Sequence record: MH791411.1
Reading direction: 5' to 3' (one strand)
Length of the DNA stretch: 64,000 bases
The notes beneath the pieces were generated by a model. It had not been told where the DNA came from, did no database searches, and worked only from the letters and a program-made list of their open reading frames with translations. This document shows, in pieces, positions 30,901 to 39,678 of the stretch (position 1 is its first letter; the number at the start of each line of letters is the position of its first letter). The translations under genes were made by a program, and so were the position numbers.

Positions 30901-32892
30901 GCAAAAAATACTGCAATCACTGGTGATTTAGCTGTATCTGGCACACTAACTGCTGGTTCAATCGACCTAAGCAATACTGATGTAACCGTTAAATCTCTTG
31001 ATTCACTAGGTAACGCACACATTGCTGGTAACCTAACTGTAGATGGTGCATTCGACTTAAGTGCAACTAACCTTGTAGCTGCAAGTCTAGCAAGTACTGG
31101 TTCTACTACTGTTGGAACTGATCTAGTACTAACAACTGGTGTTGTGACTGGTAGCCCAGCTATCTCTGGTAATACAACAATCGGTGGAACTCTTGGTGTA
31201 ACTGGTGCTGTTAACCTAACTGATATTGTTAATATCGGTAAGAAAGTAACAGTGAGTACTGGTGGTATTCAGGTAGTTGATGGTGGTATCAATACTAACA
31301 CAATTAACGTTTCTGGTGCTTCTACTCTAGCAGGAACTTCCATTACTGGAACTTTAGGTGTAACTGGTGCTTCTACTCTAGCAGGTGTATCTGCGACATC
31401 ACTAACAGTTTCTGGTGACAGTACTGTTCAGAAACTAACTGTCCAAGGTGAATTGATCCCACAAGGTGGTCTTGACCTAAGCGGTGCAGACATTACTGCT
31501 AATAGTCTAACTACTGCGACAACTATCAATGCAACTGGCCTAAGTACTCTAAGTGGTGGTGTTAGTACTTCTACTGTGACTGCATCTGGTCTAGCAACTG
31601 TTGGAAGTTTAACTTCTACTGCAAACGCATCAGTTGGTGGTAATTTGGGTGTAACTGGAACTCTAGGTGTTACTGGTGCAACTACTGTATCTTCACTAAC
31701 AGCTACTGGTGCAGTGAAAACTGGTACAACCCTAACTGTTGGTACTCCAGTTGGTGAACAACCTGAAACTGTACAGATCATTCCAGATACTTATATTGCT
31801 GGTAAATTGCGTGTAATCGGTGGTATTAACGCTGAAATCGACGTAAGTGGTCAAACACTAGAACCATATGCAATTGAAGCTGCTGCAACACTATCTGCTG
31901 TTGGTAACATTACTTCTGGTGCAACCATCGTTTCTAAAGCTGCAACAATTGGTGATGTTGGTTCACAAAACAACAACCTAACTGTTAATGGTAACGTAGT
32001 AACTAATGGTGACTTCACCGTTACTGGTGTACTAAATGCACAATTGAACCAAGCAGATTCCGATGTAGCTGTTAAGTCTTTGACTGCAACTAATAACGTT
32101 GCGGCTGGTACTTCAATCACTGCTGGAACATCCATCACTGCATCAGGCTTACTAAAAGGTAATTCGTTAGAAGTCACCACTACTGGTTCATTTGGTGGTG
32201 CAGTAACTATGTCAAGTGGTGCAAACATCACTGGTACTGTTGGTATCACTGCTGGTGACCTAACAGTAGGTGGTAATATCTCTGCAACTGGTACTGCTGG
32301 ATTCGGTGCAACAACCGTTTCTACCATTACAACATCAGGTTTAGCTACCCTTGCAAGTGCATCTGTAACTGGTGCTCTAACTGTAGGTGGTACATTAACT
32401 GCAAATGGTAACACTGTGATTGGTGATGCTGCTGCTGATACTTTAACTGTAAATGCAACATCTACATTTAAAGAGAACGCAACATTTGATAAGAACCTAA
32501 CAGTGACTGGTTCTATTAACACCACCACTGCAAACTTCACTACAAACAACATGGTAACTAAGAAATATTCTGTTATCCCTGCTAGTGTTACTGCTTCTAC
32601 TGCTGCTGTAGGTGGCACTTGGACACCAGATGGTACTACTAACGTATATCGCTTAACTCTTGACCAAAGTGTTACAATGGATTCCATCGCGGGTCTAATT
32701 GGTAGTGGTCAAGCATGTTCAGTGTATATCTATGTAACTCCATCTGTTGCTGATACTACTTTCACCTTCGGTGGTGCATACTCTGTAGTTTCTGGTACAG
32801 TAAGTGCTGTAGTTGGTCAAACAAGTATTATCCAAGTAATCTATGATGGTTTCAGTACTGTGTTTGATACCTTCGTTGCACAACGTGTATAA
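27958..32892 (+). CDS. Giant Gly/Thr/Ser/Val/Ala-rich repetitive fibre protein A (1644 aa)
   Basis: Low-complexity beta-repeat sequence with a duplicated ~150-aa N-proximal module and recurring DLS/T..D(V/I)..KSL units; paralog of the next gene. Confidence 0.7.
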   Translation: MYSIKTDLDITGGATVAKDLLVKGDAVFNKNLTVNGTVTFADAVFTAIEAETVDISSTLDVAGKASLNGGIEVHGNSVIGNLPVGSDTATINSNAQFQSPVSMAGNLTQTAGTAVLKDTQVASMDVLGTSSFKGNITAETGTTAAFDKITATDATFTNTATTDITSTGTANFKDVNISGTLGGTFSLSDVNATTLTVSGLTSLQGGVTLGSNITGVNSSANFRDIKIGSNAANTNYRLSFNYSAPSLRPTVILQNEIQSELMSPATLSVLKTASFGDSSLSTFGITGNGLNKLDYLTVSGNSVQDPTTPLLQVTSGKTKVHDFEVTGTATIPNIESTGTANFNNINVSGTLGGTFSLDDIEANTLTVSGLTSLVGGVTLGADISGANSTANFKAVSLGQNAADANVKYGFAYSAPGARPTVILQNEIQSELVSPAVLNVQKTATFGDASLATYGITGNGLNKLDYLSITGNGTQSPATPQLQVAGKSVLNDVEFTGTVTGLTVDVSGQDLTPKSVDAAEAIKGQTLESVGQTTVGTNLQVGGTANVVGALTGTAATFTGDVSAAKGTFSGDVSVTGQTVTVRDLVVTGTTTGVTAQADVDGLDIAPNKVDVTTTLSVAGDTTLAGLTASSVTSTGDVTGASVSGNTVTAAGALSGGSLAVTGAGSMASLTVPSITGDTTFANNVTITGTLTPSSIDLSTTDVSAASLTTTGNVTVGGSLAVTGAIDLSAADVVTKSVSATNPSTFGVINASSVAATGDVSGGTLTTTGAAKVGTLTSTGVVSGSRLSSGTATITTSVTVPTLQAEAAGAGTLNLASNVVAAKDLTVTGVFKPEGGLDLTTVDITANSLTTTADVNVGGNLVVDGTFDLSAADVSVKSLASAETITSAGVITVTDSTNTSSLPKITSTDATLFTVNAGTINATGNSVLQSVSATQVTANSAEFSGGGLGLQVDNDANVGGALSVGGIATVGSLTTTAASLNIAKNTAITGDLAVSGTLTAGSIDLSNTDVTVKSLDSLGNAHIAGNLTVDGAFDLSATNLVAASLASTGSTTVGTDLVLTTGVVTGSPAISGNTTIGGTLGVTGAVNLTDIVNIGKKVTVSTGGIQVVDGGINTNTINVSGASTLAGTSITGTLGVTGASTLAGVSATSLTVSGDSTVQKLTVQGELIPQGGLDLSGADITANSLTTATTINATGLSTLSGGVSTSTVTASGLATVGSLTSTANASVGGNLGVTGTLGVTGATTVSSLTATGAVKTGTTLTVGTPVGEQPETVQIIPDTYIAGKLRVIGGINAEIDVSGQTLEPYAIEAAATLSAVGNITSGATIVSKAATIGDVGSQNNNLTVNGNVVTNGDFTVTGVLNAQLNQADSDVAVKSLTATNNVAAGTSITAGTSITASGLLKGNSLEVTTTGSFGGAVTMSSGANITGTVGITAGDLTVGGNISATGTAGFGATTVSTITTSGLATLASASVTGALTVGGTLTANGNTVIGDAAADTLTVNATSTFKENATFDKNLTVTGSINTTTANFTTNNMVTKKYSVIPASVTASTAAVGGTWTPDGTTNVYRLTLDQSVTMDSIAGLIGSGQACSVYIYVTPSVADTTFTFGGAYSVVSGTVSAVVGQTSIIQVIYDGFSTVFDTFVAQRV

Positions 32893-32910
32893 CATTTTAA
32901 ATTAATAATT

Positions 32911-32943
32911 AAAGCCAACTTTTTTAGTTGGCTTTTTCTTTTG
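32911..32943 (+). terminator. Rho-independent terminator
   Basis: AAAGCCAACT...AGTTGGCTTT followed by a T-tract. Confidence 0.8.
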
Positions 32944-32972
32944 TATTAGATAATAGTGTTTTTGTGAATTAA

Positions 32973-32995
32973 ACTAAATATAAGTATATTAACAA
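32973..32995 (+). promoter_or_regulatory. Late promoter element ACTAAATATAWGTATATTAACAA (copy 2)
   Basis: Matches the element at 27891. Confidence 0.65.
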
Positions 32996-33041
32996 AAGAT
33001 GGGTTATGAATATATAGTTCATCGTTATAGGAGGGGACTCT

Positions 33042-36000
33042 ATGTACTCGATTAAAACGGATCTTGATGTATCTGGTAATTCCACGGTAGGTAAGGATCT
33101 TTTGGTCAAAGGTAATGCAGTATTCAGTAATGACCTAACGGTTAATGGGGAAGTGTCTTTTGCTAACGCAGTATTCACTGCAATTACCGCTGGTTCTGTG
33201 AATGTCACAGGTGCATTGGATGTTGCTGGTAAGGCAACCTTATCCGGTGGTGCTGATGTTTCAGGTGCTGCGACATTTGCAGGAAACATTACTGCTGCTG
33301 GCGGCACAACTGCAAAATTTGATAACTTAGAAGCTAATTCAGGATCATTTGATTCTGTTGAATCAACTGATATTACTTCAACTGGCACAGCAACTTTTAA
33401 AGATGTAAACATTTCTGGTACACTTGGTGGTACTTTTAATCTTTCTGATATTAATGCTACAACACTTAATGTGTCTGGTGCTTCAGCACTAACTGGTTCA
33501 GTCACATTGGGTGCAAATATCACTGGTCTTGCAAGTACTGCAAACTTCCGTGATATTCGTATCGGGCCTAATGAAGCAGGTCAAGCATATAGACTAAACT
33601 TTGGTTACACCGTTCCAGGACAACGACCAACCGTTCTTCTACAGAACGAAGTTCAATCCGAACTAATGTCACCAGCTAAGTTGAATGTTCTACAAACTGC
33701 AACATTTGGTGATTCTTCACTTTCAACTTACGGTATTACAGGTAATGGTTTAAACAAATTAGATTATGTAACTATTTCTGGTAACGCAATTCAATCACCA
33801 ACCACTCCTTTACTTGAAGTAACTAAAGGTAAAACTAAAGTTGTTGATTTAGAAGTAACTGGTGTAGCAACTATTCCTAATATCGAAAGTTCTGGTACTG
33901 CAAACTTTAACAACATCAACGTATCTGGTACTATTGGTGGTAGTTTTGATTTAGATGATATCCAAGCAACAACATTATCAGTATCCGGTGCTTCAGCACT
34001 AACTGGTGCAGTTACATTGGGTGCAAACATCACTGGTCTAGCAAGTACTGCAACATTCAAAGCAATCAATTTGGGTCAAAATACCGCTGATGCTAACGTT
34101 AAGCTAGGTTTTGCATATACTGCACCTAGTGCACGTCCAACAGTCTTGTTAGCAAACGAAGTTCAATCTGAACTAATGTCTCCTGCTAAGTTGAACGTTC
34201 TACAAACTGCAACCTTCGGTTCTGCTGCACTATCTACCTATGGTATTACTGGTAATGGTCTAAACAAATTAGATTATCTAACAATTACTGGTAACGCAAC
34301 ACAAAACCCTGCTACTCCACAACTTCAAGTTGGTGGTAAAGCAATTCTTAATGATGTTGAATTTACAGGTACTGTAACTGGCCTAACTGTTGATGTGAGT
34401 GGACAAGATCTAACTCCTAAATCAGTAGTTGCTGCTGAAGCAATCAAAGGTCAAACTCTTGAATCAGTTGGTCAAACAACTGTAGGTTCATCTCTACAAG
34501 TTGGCGGTACTGCAACTGTTACTGGTGCATTATCTGCTGCCTCTGGTACTTTCAGTGGTGATGTTAGTGGTTCTAAAGGTATCTTCAGTGGTAGCGTATC
34601 CGGTACAAGTGCAACCTTTACTGGGGATGTTAGCGGTGATAACGCAACCTTTAGTGGCGATTTATCTGCTGTAGCTGGCACTTTCAGTGGTGATGTAACC
34701 GTAACTGGTCAAACAATCACTGTTAAAGACTTGGTAGTAACTGGAACTTCAACTGGTGTAACTGCAATCGCTGACGTTGACGGTCTTGATATTGCTCCAA
34801 ACAAAGTTGATGTTACAACAACTCTATCTGTTGCTGGTGAATCAACTCTTGCTGGTATTACAGCAACTTCAATCAATAGTACTGGTGCAATTGCAGGTAC
34901 TGCAATTTCTGGCTCTACTATTACAGCAACTGGTGAAATTTCTGGTGCATCATCTGTAGTAACTGGTCTTTCTAAATCTGGTAGCGTTGAAACTGGTGCT
35001 CTAAAGGCATCTTCTGTTGAAACTGCAATCATTAGCAACACTGCTGGTGTGTCAATAACAAACAACACTTCCATTGCAGGTAATCTATCTGTGACTGGAA
35101 CTGTTACCCCTGGTGCAATTGACCTAAGCACTACTGATATTGATGCTAAGTCCCTAACTACAACTGAAGGTGCTAACATTGGTGGTAACCTAGTTGTTGC
35201 AGGTACAGTTGATCTAAGTGCTGCTGACGTTGCTGTTAAATCTCTAACCAGTACTGGTGCAGTTATTAGTTCTGAAGGTACTGTAAGTAGTGTTCTACCT
35301 AAACTTTCCAGTACTGAAGCTAATATTACCACAGTAACTGCAACCACTGCAAATGCTACCACACTAAATGTAACTGGTACATCAACTCTAGCTGGTGTTA
35401 ACGCTTCTGGTGCTATTACTTCTGCAACTAACATTACCGCTACTGGTGTATTAAAAGGTGCATCTGTTGAAACTGCGTCAATCAGCAATGCTGATGGTGT
35501 AGCAATTAACAATAACACTACAATCACTGGTAATTTGGACGTATCTGGGACATTGACCCCTGGTGCAATTGACCTAAGCACTACTGATATTAGTTCTAAG
35601 TCTCTAACCACAACTGAAGGTGCTACAATTGGTGGCGATCTTGTGGTAGCAGGTACTGTTGACCTAAGTGCTGCTGATGTGTCTGTGAAATCTCTTGCAA
35701 GTGCAGAGACAATTACAAGTGCTGGTGTTATTACAGTTTCGGATACAGTGAATTCTAGCACTCTACCAAAACTAATTACTACTGATGCAACTATTGGTGC
35801 TGTCCATGCAGCTACTATTGAAACAACTGGTTCAAGTACACTAAAACAAGTATCTGCTACTGAAGTAACAGCTACAAGTATTGTACTAAATTCAGTTGGT
35901 GAAGGTTTACGTGTTGACAATAATGCAAACATTAATGGTATATTAAGTGTTAATAATATTACTTCTACCAATGATACTATTGCAATTGCGAAAAGTGCTG

Positions 36001-38741
36001 CTATTACTGGTGATCTGACCGTATCTGGAACTGTTACCCCTGGTGCAATTGACCTAAGTACTACCGATATTAGTTCTAAATCCCTAAGTACTACTGAAGG
36101 TGCTACAATTGGTGGTGACCTAGTTGTTAATGGTTCAATTGATTTAAGTTCTTCCAATGTTTCAGCAATTACCCTTGCTAGTTCTGGTAATACTACCGTT
36201 GGTGGTAACCTAGTACTAACAACTGGTGTTGTAACTGGCAGCCCATCTGTATCTGGCAACCTTTCAGTTGCAGGTACTGCGGCAGTAACTGGTGCAACTA
36301 CCCTAACTGATATCGTAAATATCGGTAAGAAAGTAACTGTAAGCACTGGTGGTATTCAAGTAGTTGCAGGTGGTATTAATACCGACGCTATATTAGTATC
36401 CGGTGATACAACTTTAAACAACACTACTGTAAACACTACCTTAAATGTAACTGGTCAAAGTACAGTAGCTGCACTAAGTGCTGCATCTTTGAATGTATCT
36501 GGTGATAGTACTGTTCAAAAACTAACAGTTGAAGGTGAATTGGTTCCACAAGGTGGTATCGACCTAACTGGTGCAGATATTTCTGCTAATAGTCTTGCAA
36601 CTGCTTCAACAATCACTGCAACTGGACTAAGCACACTAAGTGGTGGTGTAAGTACTACTAATGTTACTGCATCTGGTACAGTGAATGCTGGTAGTTTGGA
36701 TGTTACTAACAACGCAACCGTTGGTGGTAATTTGGGTGTAACTGGTTCATTAACTTCTGGTCCATTGAGTGTAACAGGTATTGCGAATATTACTGGTGTA
36801 ACAACTGTTGGTTCATTGGTTTCCGGTGCAGTATCTGGTAGTACTGGTACATTTAGTTCAACATTAGGTGTAACTGGTGCAGCTACATTTGACAATGACG
36901 TAACTGTTGAAGGTGTATTCACCCCAGCAGGTGGTTTAGACCTAACAACTTCTGATATTACGGCTAAGAGTTTGTCAGTATCTGAAACTATTCACTCTGA
37001 TGGTGCAGCTTCCTTTGGTGGTAACACAACAGTAGGTGGTACATTGGGTGTAACTGGTGCAGTAACTGCTCCATCGGCAACCCTAAGTGGTACTGGTACT
37101 GCACTAGCAGTAACTAATAATGCAACTATTGGTGGTACATTAGGTGTAACTGGTCAAGCATCACTTGGTTCTATAGTAACTTCTGGCGTTTCTGCAACAA
37201 GTGGCTCTTTCAGTACTACTCTTGGCGTTACTGGTGCTGCGACATTTGGTAACGATGTAACTGTAGTTGGAACACTAACTCCTGGTAGCTTAGATCTAAC
37301 TGGTGCAGATATCTCTGCTAAAACACTAACTCTATCTGAAACATTAAATGCAACAGGTAATACTACCCTTGGTGGAACATTAGGTGTAACTGGTTTAGCA
37401 ACAATTGGTGGAACACTAACGTCTGGTGCAGTAACTGCTCCATCTGCAACCTTGAATGGTTCAGGTACTGGTCTAGCAGTAACTAACAACGCAACCGTTG
37501 GTGGAACATTAGGTGTAGTTGGTCAAACAACACTAGGTTCTGTTAAAACTGGTGCAACTCTAACAGTTGGTACACCATTAGGTGAGCAGCCTGAAACTGT
37601 ACAGATTATGCCAGACACTTATATTGCTGGTAAACTACGTGTTGAAGGTGGTATTAACGCAGATATCGATGTTGGTGGACAAACACTAGAACCGTTTGCA
37701 GTAATAGCATCTGATTCTTTATCTTCTGCTGGTAATATTACTGCTGGTGCAGCAATTATTTCAAGTTCTGCAACAATTGGTGAAGTCGGTTCACAAAACA
37801 ACAACCTAATCGTTAATGGTAACGTTGTAAACAACGGTAACTTCACTGTTACTGGTGTACTAAATGCACAATTGAACCAAGCAGATTCCGATGTAGCTGT
37901 TAAGTCTTTGACTGCAACTAACAACGTATCTGCTGGAACCACATTAAGTGCAGGTACTGCAATTACTGCTGGTACTTCCATCACTGCAACTGGATTACTT
38001 AAAGGTAATACTTTAGAAGTTACTACTACTGGTTCATTTGGTGGTTTAGTAACTATGTCAAGTGGTGCAAATATCACTGGTGCAATGACCACTGCGGGTA
38101 ACATAACAGTGGGTGGCAATATCACTGCAACTGGTACTGCTGGATTCGCTGCAACAACCGTTTCTACAATTACAACAACAGGTTTGGCTACAATTGCAAG
38201 TGCATCCATTACTGGTAACGCAACAGTAGGTGGAACACTAACTGCGAATGGTAACGTAACATTAGGTGACGCAGCGGCAGACGTTCTAACCGTTAATGCA
38301 ACTTCATCATTTAAAGAAAATGCTGTGTTTGATAAGGCAGTAACAGTAACTGGTGCACTAACCACTACTAATGCTAACTTAACTACTACAACAGTAACTA
38401 CCAAAAAGTATGATGTAATCCCAACTCAAGTTACATCATCAGTAATTGCTCCAACCGGAACATGGACTCCAGATGGTACAAGTAACGTATACTTCATCAC
38501 TCTAGACCAAGATACCACGTTGGCTCCAATTACTGGCCTAATTGGTGGTGGTAAAGCTGCATCAGTATACATCTATGTTAAACAAGATACAACTGGTAAC
38601 AGAAACTTTACAACTGATGGTACTTATGCTGTTGTTGATGGTGAACTAAACAAAACTGCTGGTAGTGTGACCATTTACCAAGTAATTTATGATGGTGTAA
38701 GTCCAGTTACTGATTTGTTCATTGCACAACGTACTGCTTAA
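33042..38741 (+). CDS. Giant repetitive fibre protein B (1899 aa)
   Basis: Same N-terminus (MYSIKTDLD), module order and C-terminal domain as fibre A, with extra repeat units. Confidence 0.7.
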   Translation: MYSIKTDLDVSGNSTVGKDLLVKGNAVFSNDLTVNGEVSFANAVFTAITAGSVNVTGALDVAGKATLSGGADVSGAATFAGNITAAGGTTAKFDNLEANSGSFDSVESTDITSTGTATFKDVNISGTLGGTFNLSDINATTLNVSGASALTGSVTLGANITGLASTANFRDIRIGPNEAGQAYRLNFGYTVPGQRPTVLLQNEVQSELMSPAKLNVLQTATFGDSSLSTYGITGNGLNKLDYVTISGNAIQSPTTPLLEVTKGKTKVVDLEVTGVATIPNIESSGTANFNNINVSGTIGGSFDLDDIQATTLSVSGASALTGAVTLGANITGLASTATFKAINLGQNTADANVKLGFAYTAPSARPTVLLANEVQSELMSPAKLNVLQTATFGSAALSTYGITGNGLNKLDYLTITGNATQNPATPQLQVGGKAILNDVEFTGTVTGLTVDVSGQDLTPKSVVAAEAIKGQTLESVGQTTVGSSLQVGGTATVTGALSAASGTFSGDVSGSKGIFSGSVSGTSATFTGDVSGDNATFSGDLSAVAGTFSGDVTVTGQTITVKDLVVTGTSTGVTAIADVDGLDIAPNKVDVTTTLSVAGESTLAGITATSINSTGAIAGTAISGSTITATGEISGASSVVTGLSKSGSVETGALKASSVETAIISNTAGVSITNNTSIAGNLSVTGTVTPGAIDLSTTDIDAKSLTTTEGANIGGNLVVAGTVDLSAADVAVKSLTSTGAVISSEGTVSSVLPKLSSTEANITTVTATTANATTLNVTGTSTLAGVNASGAITSATNITATGVLKGASVETASISNADGVAINNNTTITGNLDVSGTLTPGAIDLSTTDISSKSLTTTEGATIGGDLVVAGTVDLSAADVSVKSLASAETITSAGVITVSDTVNSSTLPKLITTDATIGAVHAATIETTGSSTLKQVSATEVTATSIVLNSVGEGLRVDNNANINGILSVNNITSTNDTIAIAKSAAITGDLTVSGTVTPGAIDLSTTDISSKSLSTTEGATIGGDLVVNGSIDLSSSNVSAITLASSGNTTVGGNLVLTTGVVTGSPSVSGNLSVAGTAAVTGATTLTDIVNIGKKVTVSTGGIQVVAGGINTDAILVSGDTTLNNTTVNTTLNVTGQSTVAALSAASLNVSGDSTVQKLTVEGELVPQGGIDLTGADISANSLATASTITATGLSTLSGGVSTTNVTASGTVNAGSLDVTNNATVGGNLGVTGSLTSGPLSVTGIANITGVTTVGSLVSGAVSGSTGTFSSTLGVTGAATFDNDVTVEGVFTPAGGLDLTTSDITAKSLSVSETIHSDGAASFGGNTTVGGTLGVTGAVTAPSATLSGTGTALAVTNNATIGGTLGVTGQASLGSIVTSGVSATSGSFSTTLGVTGAATFGNDVTVVGTLTPGSLDLTGADISAKTLTLSETLNATGNTTLGGTLGVTGLATIGGTLTSGAVTAPSATLNGSGTGLAVTNNATVGGTLGVVGQTTLGSVKTGATLTVGTPLGEQPETVQIMPDTYIAGKLRVEGGINADIDVGGQTLEPFAVIASDSLSSAGNITAGAAIISSSATIGEVGSQNNNLIVNGNVVNNGNFTVTGVLNAQLNQADSDVAVKSLTATNNVSAGTTLSAGTAITAGTSITATGLLKGNTLEVTTTGSFGGLVTMSSGANITGAMTTAGNITVGGNITATGTAGFAATTVSTITTTGLATIASASITGNATVGGTLTANGNVTLGDAAADVLTVNATSSFKENAVFDKAVTVTGALTTTNANLTTTTVTTKKYDVIPTQVTSSVIAPTGTWTPDGTSNVYFITLDQDTTLAPITGLIGGGKAASVYIYVKQDTTGNRNFTTDGTYAVVDGELNKTAGSVTIYQVIYDGVSPVTDLFIAQRTA

Positions 38742-38807
38742 TAATTATAATAAAAAAAACGGTGTCATCAATTATGGTGACACCATCTTAACAAGTGAGG
38801 TAGATAT

Positions 38808-39587
38808 ATGTTTACATATGTAAAAGGTAGTTCTAAAGAAAATTATGAATTGGGTAACATCATCTCCAACCCAGTTGGTGTTAAGGGTTTAAAAGAACGC
38901 CCTGGGGCAACTCCAGATGATGAACAAACATATCGTTATTTGTACAGTGATATCCGTGCACTTTATGGTATTTCAAGTAAAGATGGTTCTGAAATTGAAC
39001 CTAATAACGCTGTTCGCAAAGAAGAGGGTTTCTGGTGGTTGGAATATAAGAATGTTGGTAATGTGAACGCAATTAATGAGAATTTGGAATATATTAAACT
39101 ACAAGATAGTAATCAACCAGTCATCACATTCTTAGAAGAAGCAGAAGGTGAATATAAAGAGTTAACAGTACTGAAAACTTATAATTATGTTGATATGGAC
39201 ATTGCAGCAGTTAAATCTGATCTGAAAGCACGCACAGTATCATCTCGTAGTGATCGTATTAATGCTGGTTATATGTTTAACGGTCATCGTTATAGTACTG
39301 ATCTAGCTGGTCGTCAAATGCTTCTTAATTATTATACACAAGTAACTTCCGGTTCTGATAGCGTTTCGATTTTCCTTGATGACGCAATTGTAAAACTATC
39401 TGCTGCTGAAATGACTCAACTATACACTGAAGCATTTGCTATGGTTGAATCCCTATTTGCAGAGTGTAATAAGCAATGTGCTGACATTGATGCAGTTCCT
39501 GATGCTGATGAAGATGCAATTTATAAAGCACAACAGGCGGCTGTATGGGTATATGAAGGTATTGATATTCCTGAGCGTATTCGTTAA
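38808..39587 (+). CDS. DUF4376-like tail-associated protein
   Basis: C-terminal RSDRINAGYMFNGHRYSTD pattern; follows the fibre genes. Confidence 0.5.
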   Translation: MFTYVKGSSKENYELGNIISNPVGVKGLKERPGATPDDEQTYRYLYSDIRALYGISSKDGSEIEPNNAVRKEEGFWWLEYKNVGNVNAINENLEYIKLQDSNQPVITFLEEAEGEYKELTVLKTYNYVDMDIAAVKSDLKARTVSSRSDRINAGYMFNGHRYSTDLAGRQMLLNYYTQVTSGSDSVSIFLDDAIVKLSAAEMTQLYTEAFAMVESLFAECNKQCADIDAVPDADEDAIYKAQQAAVWVYEGIDIPERIR

Positions 39588-39600
39588 TTTATATTTTTTT

Positions 39601-39630
39601 AAAGGTCAACTATGGTTGGCCTTTTCTTTT
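39601..39630 (+). terminator. Rho-independent terminator
   Basis: AAAGGTCAAC-TATG-GTTGGCCTTTT followed by a T-tract. Confidence 0.75.
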
Positions 39631-39678
39631 ATCTAAAATAAATACTTAATATATAATCTATTCTGAGGAAATATTTAA

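Noticed and set aside
28176-38404. Long minus-strand ORFs (up to 545 aa) inside the two fibre genes
   Set aside because: They are in-register antisense shadows of G/T/S/V/A-rich codons, have no RBS or promoter, and mirror the sense composition.
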